A program made the translations under genes and the position numbers. Positions 12,432 to 22,805 of a DNA stretch of 64,000 nt are shown here, piece by piece. The stretch lies in the NCBI GenBank assembly GCA_964188305.1, contig OZ076885.1. One strand, 5' to 3'. Numbering within the stretch: position 1 is the first letter of the stretch; each line of letters begins with the position of its first letter. This DNA is from Podarcis bocagei. Its lineage: Eukaryota. The notes below the pieces were generated by a model, which was given only the letters and a program-made list of their open reading frames with translations, was not told the DNA's origin and did no database searches.

Positions 12432-13964
12432 TATCCCCTTGCCTATAGAGTCTTCTTATAAGGGTTAAGAATTGAGTCTCTTGATGCCACTGGTGCTTCA
12501 AATCCACAAGTTCTTTTGAGATGGGGCTCCCCCATATTATCAGGTCCTGCACCCTGTATAAGGCTTTGTCCTCCCAGCCCTTGTGGAATTGTGCTCTGCA
12601 AAAATACTTCTATTGCTGTGGAGTTCGAAAATGATTTCGTAGCAGTTACAAAAGACATTAAAAGAGTATTCTGAGACTGAAAGCAAGTTTTATGTTTTAA
12701 AAATTAATCTACTACAAAAGGTCAAGATTTTACATAATAGGTCTGAGTCAGCAGATATGCACTAGCATCATCTTATGACTAGAAGAGGATGGCCTTCCAA
12801 GCTCAGTTTAAGAGCACAATATAATTTATGAGCAGAAGAAGGAGCTTCCAAGTATTTAAAAGCGACTATAGAAGCTTGGAAATAGTTTTTAACATGATAT
12901 AGGAGATTACTGTTATTGAATGGATGTTGGCACATTTTGGGTTGCTGTTCTGTGTCTTAAATCCCATGGCTGTCACGAGTTCTGCTCTCTCACCTCTGGA
13001 ATCTTTTTTAGTATCTCCTCCTATTCTACAGCCATTGCTTATTTTTACATGTTTCTGGAAACTTAATATAGAAATGAAGGTGAGCAGATTTAATTAGAGA
13101 GTGAAATCTGTTGCCAAGATTAGATTGGCCATATTTGAACATTAGAAAAATCCTTGGGGGTTTGTGACCAGAATGCATTGTGGTGAGCCTCAGGTTCTTG
13201 TATTCTCCCTCCTTCACTCAAAACAAATTTGAAGCTTCCCATACTGGTTTGTAACTGTCCTGCCTCAACAGGTGTGGACTGTGGGTGGGCCCAAGCCCTA
13301 GAATCCAAGCAGGCCAAGGCCTCACACATGAGATTGCCAAAGAAGACATGCAGAGACAACCAGGGTGATTCACAAGTATTCAGCCTAATTTGAAAACTTA
13401 ATCCAGTGTCAGGAACAGAGGAGATCCAGTGTAGGCAAAAGAAGTCTAGGAGTCTGCCGTTGGGGAGCTTGAAGGACTGTGTTTTTCTTCAGCAACAGTG
13501 AAGCTCAAAGAAGGGGCTGATAAAGTCTGGCCTACCAGGCTGAGCCTAATCCCAGGCTGGTGTTTGAGGGCATTCTAAGAGCCCTTTATTTCAAGGAATA
13601 AAAAGGGGTTTACTCTTGAGTTGTTCTGTGACTGTGGGCTTTCAGGCACCTACTTAGTTGTGCACCTGTTGCCCGGACTTGGATATTTAGGCACCTGTAC
13701 TCAAGGTGAGGAGGGATATCTCAGCCTCTCCCTCAGACTCTACTAGGGGCTTATGGCACTCTGATCCTAAGGGCCCCTCAACAGGATTCTGTAGAGGCTC
13801 CCTTTCAATTCTAAGGATCTTCGGTACTGACGGAAGGAAATCTCATCTTTTTCTCCTAGTCTTCAGACAGCTGGAGGTCCAGTTTGTCCCCTGTGGATTC
13901 TGTTTTCTGGATTGGGGTTGGGCATAGCAATCACAAACTTCAGTTTCTTGCTTCAGCTGAGCTA

Positions 13965-14125
13965 TATATTTATTGGATTTATATACCGCCTGTCATCAAA
14001 GGATCTCAGGGGGGTTCACAACATAAAAAGGCACCATTCTAACACAAATAAGTAGCTTAAAGGCTGCGGAATATTAATCAGCCAAAGGCCTGGTTGAAGA
14101 GGAACGTTTTCACCTGGCTCCTAAA
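13965..14125 (-). mobile_element. L2 LINE 3' end remnant
   Basis: Minus strand reads ...aaccaggcctttggctgatt...tgtgaacc...ctgagatcctttgatgacaggcggtatataaat; shares 20 identical nt with the copy at 33385-33580. Confidence 0.65.
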
Positions 14126-16402
14126 GATGAAGGTGCTCTTAAATTGGCAAACCATTTTCTAGTCTTAAGATGACTAGTGCAGATATGCTGACTTCATGTA
14201 AATCCTGACCTTTTGTGATAGATTGATTTGTTAAATATGTAGCCTGGTTTCAGCCTCATAATATCCTTTTAATGTCTTCTGTAGCTGCTACGAAATTGGT
14301 TGCAAATTCCATAACAATGTAAATATTCTGTGGACCCCAGTGCTGCCTCCTTCAGCCTAATCATTTATACTTTTTCAGAAAAAGCTAACTGACTGTTGCC
14401 AGATATCTCTTTCTGATTAAGTAGCTTTATAGTTTCAAACATAGGGTTTTGGGCACACAAGGAGTGGCGGTTTGCCACTTTTGATGGATGACTGCCCCCT
14501 TTTAGGCCTACTCAGCAGTTATCTATGTACAGTTGAATCAATGTCTGTGCTGACTATAATTTGCTGAAAGTTGTAATTAGGAAAATTAGCTAATGATTCT
14601 TGTCAAGTGTGACAGGCTCATGTATTTCAAAGTCAGTCCTGTGACTTACCAGGCAGGCAGCCTGGTACCTATTGTAATAGCTCAGTGTGGGGGTGCTTTG
14701 TGTTCTACCAGCTGCTAATTTTCTTACATCAAGCATTTCCATTTAGGAACTATAGTGTAGCTTTGCTTCCTCCTAGTCTCTCAGTTCCTCCTTTCATCAC
14801 ACTTAAATCTCAATATAATTTCACTCTGCTTATGAACATTATTTACCTGCTATATGGAATATGTAAAAGAAACTATATTAAAGTGTCCTTCCCATTTTCG
14901 ATGATGCACAAGCTGTCATTTGGATGCCAAACTATCTCTGCATGCTGTAGAAATGTTTTTGCGGGTGTTAACAGAATCATGCCTGTCAAAGGAAGGCACA
15001 GTTGGAAAATAAGTTCTCAAATTTCATTATTTTGTTACCCGTAGTGTACCGTGTCTTCCTTCACATGAGATTTATGCCCTTGATCTTGCCACTCCAAGCC
15101 CCAGACCAGGAGCGTTGAGATAATTTATATGGCATGTTTATGATTGGAGAGCCTTCAATATTTTAGGCAGCTGGCGGGTATTGCACCCTTTCCTTAGCAG
15201 TGATAGACTAGACTGGTGGTGGGGAGGGGAGAAAAATCAACTTCAAACAGTGACAATCTCATGTTTTTGTTTTTTTTAAATCTGCAGAGCAACACAAATC
15301 AACTTCTCCCCCTCCCCCCCCCCCGACATTTTTCTTGTTGCATTCACTAATGATAAGAGATATTTTTCAGATTTTGTCCTTCACAGCTCAGGATTTTCTT
15401 CATCTTTTAAACAGCAGCAAAGTCAAAATGCAGCAACTTTGTAGCATGGTGTAATTTCAGTAGCAATGAGCAGCAGAGTTGACAGCAGCAAATTATTACT
15501 CGTAACTATAGGAGGCACATAATGCGAATTTTTTGGATAATAAAATCTGGGCCAAGCAGATATGGGGAGCAGTAGACTTTTTGGTGGGAGGGGACATATC
15601 TTTGTGGCAGGAAGCATTTGTCTCCTGCTTTTCTGTCTTTATCGCTCCTCTGTATTTAACATGGAGCCAGGTGCTTTGTCACAATTATACCAACAAAACA
15701 ATGGATGGGAGAATGAGCAGCAGTGATGGGAAGCCCATTGTCGGTGGAGACTGGACTAGGAGTTGGCAGCAGTAGCTGTTAACAAGAACATCTGTATAGG
15801 CACTATATCGCTGAGTGCTATGTGCAGAGGAGAAAAATATTGGAATTATTTTTCCTTCGTGTCTGATTTATAGGTGTGTGACTGGCCACTGTTAACAACA
15901 GAATGGGGGATTGGTTTGACCAGCAAGTGGTTCCTAGTGCCAATCTAGGCCTGTGTGAAAATATTAATAAGTAGAGTGCAAGGTATTTTGACACACAGGA
16001 ATGGGAAGATTCTTCTCAGTATATGAATGATCCTTTGGTTCATGGAAACCCTTTGGATCCAACCCACTGATTTCTTTAGTGATAATATGTGGAAAATAGT
16101 AAGTTTCAAATCTTACATGTATTGGTTTCCGGTATTAAAAGAGCATAAAGTTGAGACAGGTTTATGATAATGTTTTGTCTTCAGTTTCATAATGTAGCTG
16201 TCTATTATGATCCAGTGTGTTTCAGATTGTAAAACTCTTCTGTTAGGGGCAAGTATAAAGACAAAACCTCTTTTACAGATCAATTTTGAACAAGGTACTT
16301 ATCTTAGAAACATACTGCTGCCACTTATTCATAAGAAGTAATTGCTTCTTTTGGTGTTTTACCTTCCTTAAACTTCAATATATCATATTAGAAATCACTA
16401 TA

Positions 16403-16644
16403 CAGTGGTACCTCGGGTTACATATGCTTCAAGTTACATACGCTTCAGGTTACACACTCCACTAAGCCCGAAATGGTGCTTCAGGTTAAGAACTTTGCTT
16501 CAGGATAAGAACAGAAATCGGGCTCCGGTGGCACGGCGGCAGCAGGAGGCCCCATTAGCTAACGTGGTGCTTCAGGTTAAGAACAGTTTCAGGTTAAGTA
16601 CGGACCTCCGGAACGAATTAAGTACATAACCCGAGGTACCACTG
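16403..16644 (+). mobile_element. Tc1/mariner (Tigger-like) MITE, family A copy 2
   Basis: Perfect 18-bp TIRs CAGTGGTACCTCGGGTTA, TA target duplication and a 16-bp internal duplication. Ends 82 nt before exon 7. Confidence 0.92.
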
Positions 16645-16726
16645 TATTTCAAATTGTTGTAGCAATTTGGCTAAAGTTTACAGAATTTGTGAAGGGTTTG
16701 TTAATTGTGATTTGTGTTCCTTTCAG

Positions 16727-16854
16727 GTTTGCCGATTTTATCCGAGGAATGCTGAAACTTATACTGCTTCTGTTATTGTCAGGAGCAACTTTGTCATCCA
16801 TCTGGTTCACTTTGACGTGTTTAACAACTGTCAGTCATCTTCCTTTAACTACAG
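16727..16854 (+). CDS. SLC49A4: SLC49A4 coding exon 7
   Basis: Acceptor ttcctttcag|G and donor CAG|gtatgc. Encodes (R)[42 protein letters not shown]; lies inside track ORF 16689..16883. Confidence 0.96.
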
Positions 16855-17924
16855 GTATGCTAATGCCCAGCCTTGTCAAATAAATGGTTTTGGTAGCGGT
16901 TCTTAGATATGTGAGATGTTGGAAAAATAAGTTATATTGCAGATTAATTTTCAATAAACTGTTTTAATTCTGTGGTGCTGCTGGGCAGGGGAGATTGGCA
17001 TACTTTGTGGGATTTTTATTTTATTTTTTTGGTCACTTCTGAACCCCCAGTGCTATAATGTAACTCAAGCCACTTTGTAATGTATAATGAAGCAGAGGAG
17101 ACAGCTGTCAGAATTGACAGTGTAAGACCAATTCACATATGCAAGCCTGGACTCTTGAAATCTTCACGTCCCTTGACTGAAGTCATTATGTCCATTGATT
17201 TCAGTGAGTCTACTCTGAGTGTGACGTATTCCTATACAACCCATACATTAAGCTGGAAGAACTCCCTGTGTCGCCATAAACAAGTTAAAGTAAAAGAAAA
17301 GGCAATAAGAAGCTGTAATTTTATTTAGTGATATAAAGCCAACAAGGGGAATTTTGAAGTTCATTAAACTGACGTGTCTTTGACAAGGTTTTCAAGACTC
17401 CTGTTAGCTGGCTGTAAACATTGGTTAAAACAAGTGATTAATTCTAACCCTTTAGCCCGACCTGCTTGGAATTCCAGTGGATAATAGTGTGTTTTGTGGT
17501 TACTTATCTGGGCACACAAGTATGTAGGGAAATAATAAGCTTGTAATACGTCCAACTAATTAACTTGCCATTTCCCCTTTACTTGTTTTGTTACACCCTC
17601 TTTGTATATTACAATGGGTATTATGTACAAAGTACAGGTTGTCCATAGTAATGTTAAGAAAGACAAAAAGTATATGTGGTTATTTAGTTTTGAACTACAC
17701 TGGGCAAGCATTTCTGAAATTTCTTTGTTTTGATATCCTAGGCTCCCCCTACCCTACCCTACCCATCTCTTCACCCCACTTTTTTTTGCAGGTGTTGGGT
17801 GGGTTCTCATACCTTCTTGTATCTATATCTTGCAGAGATGCTTGAACTGAAATCCCGGATAGAAATTCAGTATATCTGTATAGTAACTAAACTTCACACC
17901 ACAAATATATATCGTCTAATGATA

Positions 17925-18170
17925 TTAGACAAATGCTTGGAGTATAAGGCTGTCAGCGGCTACTAACTGTGATGGTTGTATACTACATGCAAGATCAGAG
18001 ACGGCATGCTTCTGAATATCATTTGTTGCGGAATAGCAGCAGGAGAGTTCTCCCAGGCTCAGGACATCCTTGTGGGCTTCCTAAAGACACCTGATTGATC
18101 AGGTGGGAAAACAGGATACTGAACTGGGCATTCCTTTCATCTGATCCAGTCAGGCTCTCCTTTTGTTCAT
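17925..18170 (+). mobile_element. Old CR1 LINE 3' UTR remnant
   Basis: ttagacaaat...ggctactaac...gcttctgaatatca...aacaggatactg...ctgatccagtcaggctctcctt matches the pattern of ancient sauropsid CR1 3' ends. Confidence 0.55.
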
Positions 18171-19815
18171 ATTCGTACAGTTGGTAAGGTTGTTGTACTT
18201 GGGGAGGAGGTGTTAGTGAAAGAAGCTGTGCCATGTTGTATCGCTGCATTTTCTGTTGTGCTCTCTTTTTCTTCCTCATCAGTTTTTAAACTAGTCTTCC
18301 GCTTTTGTGGCTTAGTCGCTGCTCATTTCTGTTTGCTTGTTTTCCTTCACTGATTCTCAGTCCCTATCCCACTGGAGCTCACATTTGCTCCCATTCAATT
18401 TACTGAAACATGAAGTCGCTTTATTGGACTTAAGAGCTGATAATCCTTAAGATGGGTAACTGGGAGTTTATGACTTGGTAGCCTCTGCCTGAAGCTTTGT
18501 GCAAATCCATTCATCCATTTAAAACATCAGCTTCTGTTCTCCTGTTTGGAAGCTTTTTCTTCTAAAAGAGAAGGCTTAGAAGATTTTAATTTAAACTGAG
18601 AGGTGCCACTACCTGAATGTGTTTTAGAAGTTGCACATATGCTTAATTCAGATCTGAGAGGCTTGAAACTATCTTAATAAACCTTGGAAGACAAGTCTTT
18701 GGTTTGATACTGTACTCTCTGTTCTGGAGAGGAGCACTGTTGGTTTGAAGCTGATGTGCTACACCTGCTGTAACTTCTGTAGCCACAGAAATTGCCTTCC
18801 CCCAGCTCTGCCATTGAACTTAAATTAATGAACGGAGCTTTCATAGAGTACCCTCTCTATATAAATATAACTCTGTCTTATTCAAATTAACTTTGAGACT
18901 CCCAAATTGTCCTTGGTGCATAGCTATAAACCAGAAATGAGTACAGCATATTGAAGTAGATGTCTGGTTGAGAGGAAATACCACCAGAATTACCGAAACT
19001 ATAAATTCCATTTGGTATATCCTTTGATCTGTGTTTCATATTCTAAAACAATCAGCTCTGAAATATTTTTTTAATAAGGCAAGAAAAGTATTTTTAATAG
19101 CTGAACAAATCATGCGTTGCAGAAGCTGCTGTCTTTGAGATGGCAAATCCTTGCACCATTCTTCCCGATCAGGAGTGAAGAGATACATTGAGAGTTTTCC
19201 CCTTTGTGCTTGTCTGCACTGTTATCAAATGCAGGTAGTAAAATAAATTGTAATGAAAAGTGAAACTGTCTGAATTGATGCAGCAGGAGCAAACTTATAC
19301 ATTCACTTCAGTTCTTATTTACTGAGATAAAAGTGGACGGGCTCCACAGGTGAAAATCACCTCCGTCTCCCTCTGTCTCTGTTTCATGCAAAACCCACTG
19401 ATCCAAACAGAGCTGATAGATCAAGTTTATATTTTGCCAGTCTCAAATCGCTGTTTTCAGAGATTTCAGCACACACAAAACATGATTGCCTGAGAATAAC
19501 AACAACCTCTATATTTTTTTCTTGGTTCTTGTAGCATTAAGTTGTATTGCTTTTTTTCCTAGAAGACCGCTGTGACTGTAGAGATGACAGATAATCTCTC
19601 AAATGGATTTGATAGCTTTTCATTATTAAAAGCTTTTTTGGCACCCTCCTTCAAGACTGAAGGGAGTTGGTGTCTTGGAAAAGAGAATATTGGACTGTGT
19701 TTTAGTAAACCAGGTCAGTGGCTTACTTGGTCAATTCCATTGTCTATGTAACTTGCTTAGTGATTTCTGGTCTAATAGGGATGAGTTTGGTTTCTGGAAG
19801 GTTTGTTCCTCCTGT

Positions 19816-20024
19816 GGTTCCAGTTACAGATAGGTAGCCGTGTTGGTCTGCCATAGTCAAAATAAAAAAATTTCTTCCAGTAGCACCTTAAAGACCAACT
19901 AAGTTAGTTCTTGGTATGAGCTTTTGTGTGCTGTGTATCTGAAGAAGTGTGCATGCACACGAAAGCTCATACCAAGAACTAACTTAGTTGGTCTTTAAGG
20001 TGCTACTGGAAGGAATTTTTTTAT
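19816..20024. mobile_element. Penelope-like element (PLE) terminal fragment, inverted pseudo-LTR structure
   Basis: Flanked by a 14-bp direct repeat tttgttcctcctgt (19802-19815 and 20025-20038). Contains ~74-bp inverted arms with gtagcaccttaaagacca...tggtctttaaggtgctac and a hammerhead motif, which is typical of truncated reptile PLE insertions. Confidence 0.8.
19935..19972 (+). ncRNA. Minimal type I hammerhead ribozyme motif (PLE-associated)
   Basis: GTAT-CTGAAGA-A-GTGTGCATGCACAC-GAAA-GCT-C-ATAC: stem I GTAT/ATAC, CUGANGA box, stem II GTGTG/CACAC, GAAA box, palindromic AGCU in place of stem III, and a predicted cleavage site after C19968. Confidence 0.7.
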
Positions 20025-20323
20025 TTTGTTCCTCCTGTCTGCATGATAGTGTCCATGTCCCCAGTTTATTGTCACATCTTAACCAATTTGACATTCATGC
20101 TACCATGAATTTTACCATGCATGTAAAATGGCAGGGGGTTTGAGGTACAGGGAAATTTGTGGAGTTGAAAGATAATTTTTATACGTGTTGTGAGGATATT
20201 TCTGTCAAGTGGATTAATGAAATAAATGAATTTGGCTTGCTTCCTTTGGCTCAGGTGCAGGGTGTCTTTCCTGCAATCCAACAGCATTACTTTGTGATTC
20301 TTTTGGATGTAATGTCTATACAA

Positions 20324-20476
20324 GTGTGGGATAGCTCAGTCTGTAGAGCTTGAAACTCTAAATCTCAGGGCCTTGGGTTCGAGCCCCACATTGGGTGGAA
20401 GATACCTGCATTGCAGGGGGTTGGACTAGATGACCCACATGGTCCTTTCCAACTCGACAGTTCTTTGATTCTATGA
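20324..20476 (+). mobile_element. tRNA(Lys)-like SINE with CR1-type tail
   Basis: Head ggatagctcagtctgtagagc...aatctcagggccttgggttcgagccc has A and B boxes. Tail cctgcattgcagggggttggactagatgacc...ttccaactc...tgattctatga. Confidence 0.85.
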
Positions 20477-20684
20477 AAATGGACAGTAGACTGGATGTAC
20501 TTAAGTCAAGGCCATATTTTAGGGAGTAGAGGATCTTAGAAACCTTCTCACAAAGTAAATTTAATTGCAGACCAAATCGGCTGATATGAGGGTCATGAAG
20601 TGTGCACAACCATAGGCTACAACACAGTTTCCAAGACTCTGGGCTTACAGTGTTTCTTTATTATGCTAGGAGCCACCAGTGCAG

Positions 20685-20800
20685 TGCAGATTCTGTAAAC
20701 TGCAACTCCCATCATATCTTACCATTGACCATGGTGGCTGGAGCTGATGGGAGATGTAGTTCAAAACATTTAGAGGGCAACATGTTTGCTTACATCCCAT
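20685..20800. mobile_element. Degenerate hAT-type MITE
   Basis: actgcaactcccatcat...gctgatgggagatgtagttcaaaacatttagagggc; same family pattern as 47951-48086. Confidence 0.6.
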
Positions 20801-20831
20801 GCAAATTACCTAATGCTTTGTGAGAATGATC

Positions 20832-21712
20832 CTGGGAGGGGTGGCTAACACCCCAGAGGACAGGATCACACTTCAAAACGACCTTGACAGATTAGAGAAC
20901 TGGGCAAAAACAAACAAAATGAATTTTAACAGGGAGAAATGTAAAGTATTGCACTTGGGCAAAAAAAATGAGAGGCACAAATACAAGATGGGTGACACCT
21001 GGCTTGAGAGCAGTACATGTGAAAAGGATCTAGGAGTCTTGGTTGACCACAAACTTGACATGAGCCAACAGTGTGACGCGGCAGCTAAAAAAGCCAATGC
21101 AATTCTGGGCTGCATCAATAGGAGTATAGCATCTAGATCAAGGGAAGTAATAGTGCCACTGTATTCTGCTCTGGTCAGACCACACCTGGAGTACTGTGTC
21201 CAGTTCTGGGCACCACAATTCAAGAAGGACACTGACAAACTGGAACGTGTCCAGAGGAGGGCAACCAAAATGGTCAAAGGCCTGGAAACGATGCCTTATG
21301 AGGAACGGCTAAGGGAGCTGGGCATGTTTAGCCTGGAGAAGAGGAGGTTAAGGGGTGATATGATAGCCATGTTCAAATATATAAAAGGATGTCACATAGA
21401 GGAGGGAGAAAGGTTGTTTTCTGCTGCTCCAGAGAAGCGGACACGGAGCAATGGATCCAAACTACAAGAAAGAAGATTCCACCTAAACATTAGGAAGAAC
21501 TTCCTGACAGTAAGAGCTGTTCGACAGTGGAATTTGCTGCCAAGGAGTGTGGTGGAGTCTCCTACTTTGGAGGTCTTTAAGCAGAGGCTTGACAACCATA
21601 TGTCAGGAGTGCTCTGATGGTGTTTCCTGCTTGGCAGGGGGTTGGACTCGATGGCCCTTGTGGTCTCTTCCAACTCTATGATTCTATGATTCTATGATTC
21701 TATGATTCTATG
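20832..21712 (+). mobile_element. Young 5'-truncated CR1 LINE (ORF2 C-terminus, 3' UTR and (ATTCTATG)n tail)
   Basis: Uninterrupted frame to 21617 with CR1 motifs [40 protein letters not shown] and [11 protein letters not shown]. Four ATTCTATG octamers at 21681-21712. Confidence 0.95.
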
Positions 21713-22554
21713 CCCATGTGGTTGAACAGATCCTGCCCCCACTCTCAGTTCATAGTGAACATATTGACTACCATTCTTTCCAGTCTTACGGAACTAAGGA
21801 TGGAATTTGGTGTTGCACTGTTAGAAATCAGCTTGCCAGATGAAACAATCCCCCCTTCCCTGTGGACTGTTCTGGGGGTTCTTGTGACCCCCGGAGCCAA
21901 TTTCAAGGGGGCAGGGGGGAATTCCCATTGCACAAGCAGAAGCCCTTCCTCGGGGCTTCTGCTGATGGGGTTCATTAGGTGAATTCTGCCAATGATCTTC
22001 CTTATGTTTTCATACTAGTTTGGGTATTTTATATTTGTGACCAAAAACTTGAGATCATATGCTAGAATGAAAGATTAATGTTTGGTATGACAAGTAATTT
22101 TATCCCCATAGGCAATAAAGTGTCTCATATCTGTGACTGACACATGTTTGTTGGCCTGTCAGTTACAAGTTGATCCCATCCAAATTCAAGTTCTGTCACA
22201 TTCACTTAATTTTAGTTAATTGTAAGATTAATCTTTTCAGGCTAGGTGTCAGTATGCATAATAAGTTGTCTTCCCATAGAGCTGTGGGGAATGAAAACTA
22301 GAGAACCTTTCACAACAAGAAGATGATCTCTTCCTTTGACATAGCAAACAGCCTTTGTTTCTCTTTCATTCTTCAGGATCCATGTCTAGAGACTATTGCT
22401 AATATCAATATAGTATGCCAACACAATAAATCTTCAGGTTCTAAAAGCCTCTTCTTATCTCATTCTTGTACGCCAGTACATATTTTAGCACTTGGCATGA
22501 TGTTTTCTAAAGCAGAATCCATTAGTTAGAGGTCAGATTCTTATTTTTAGGTTC

Positions 22555-22805
22555 AATCATAGAATTGTAGAATCTTAGAGTTGGAAGGGACCCCAATGGT
22601 CATCTAGTCCAACCCCCTGCAATGCAGGAATCTCAGCTAAAGCATCCCTGACAGATGGCCATCCAACCTCTGCTAAAAAACCTCCAAGGAAGGAGAGTCC
22701 ACCACCTCTCGTGGGAGTCTGTTCCACTGCTGAACAGCTCTTACCGTCAGAAACTTTTTCCGAATGTTTAGTCAGAATCTCCTTTCTTGCAACTTGAAGC
22801 CATTG
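22555..22805 (-). mobile_element. CR1 LINE 3' fragment, antisense
   Basis: Begins aatcatagaattgtagaatc (reverse tail), followed by the reverse complement of the CR1 3' UTR and ORF2 end. Confidence 0.88.

Noticed and set aside
10030-16629. Two similar short ORFs (10030..10263 minus and 16405..16629 plus) as paralogous peptides
   Set aside because: Both are translations of the same non-coding MITE family.
19858-20028. miRNA precursor
   Set aside because: The hairpin is explained by the inverted pseudo-LTR of a TSD-flanked PLE insertion, and I recognise no mature miRNA.
20324-20395. tRNA-Lys gene
   Set aside because: The anticodon arm and acceptor stem are degenerate and it is fused to a CR1 tail, so it is a SINE head. 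The same applies to 12295-12350.
20820-21617. 265-aa ORF as a host gene
   Set aside because: It is the CR1 ORF2 C-terminus followed by the (ATTCTATG)n tail.
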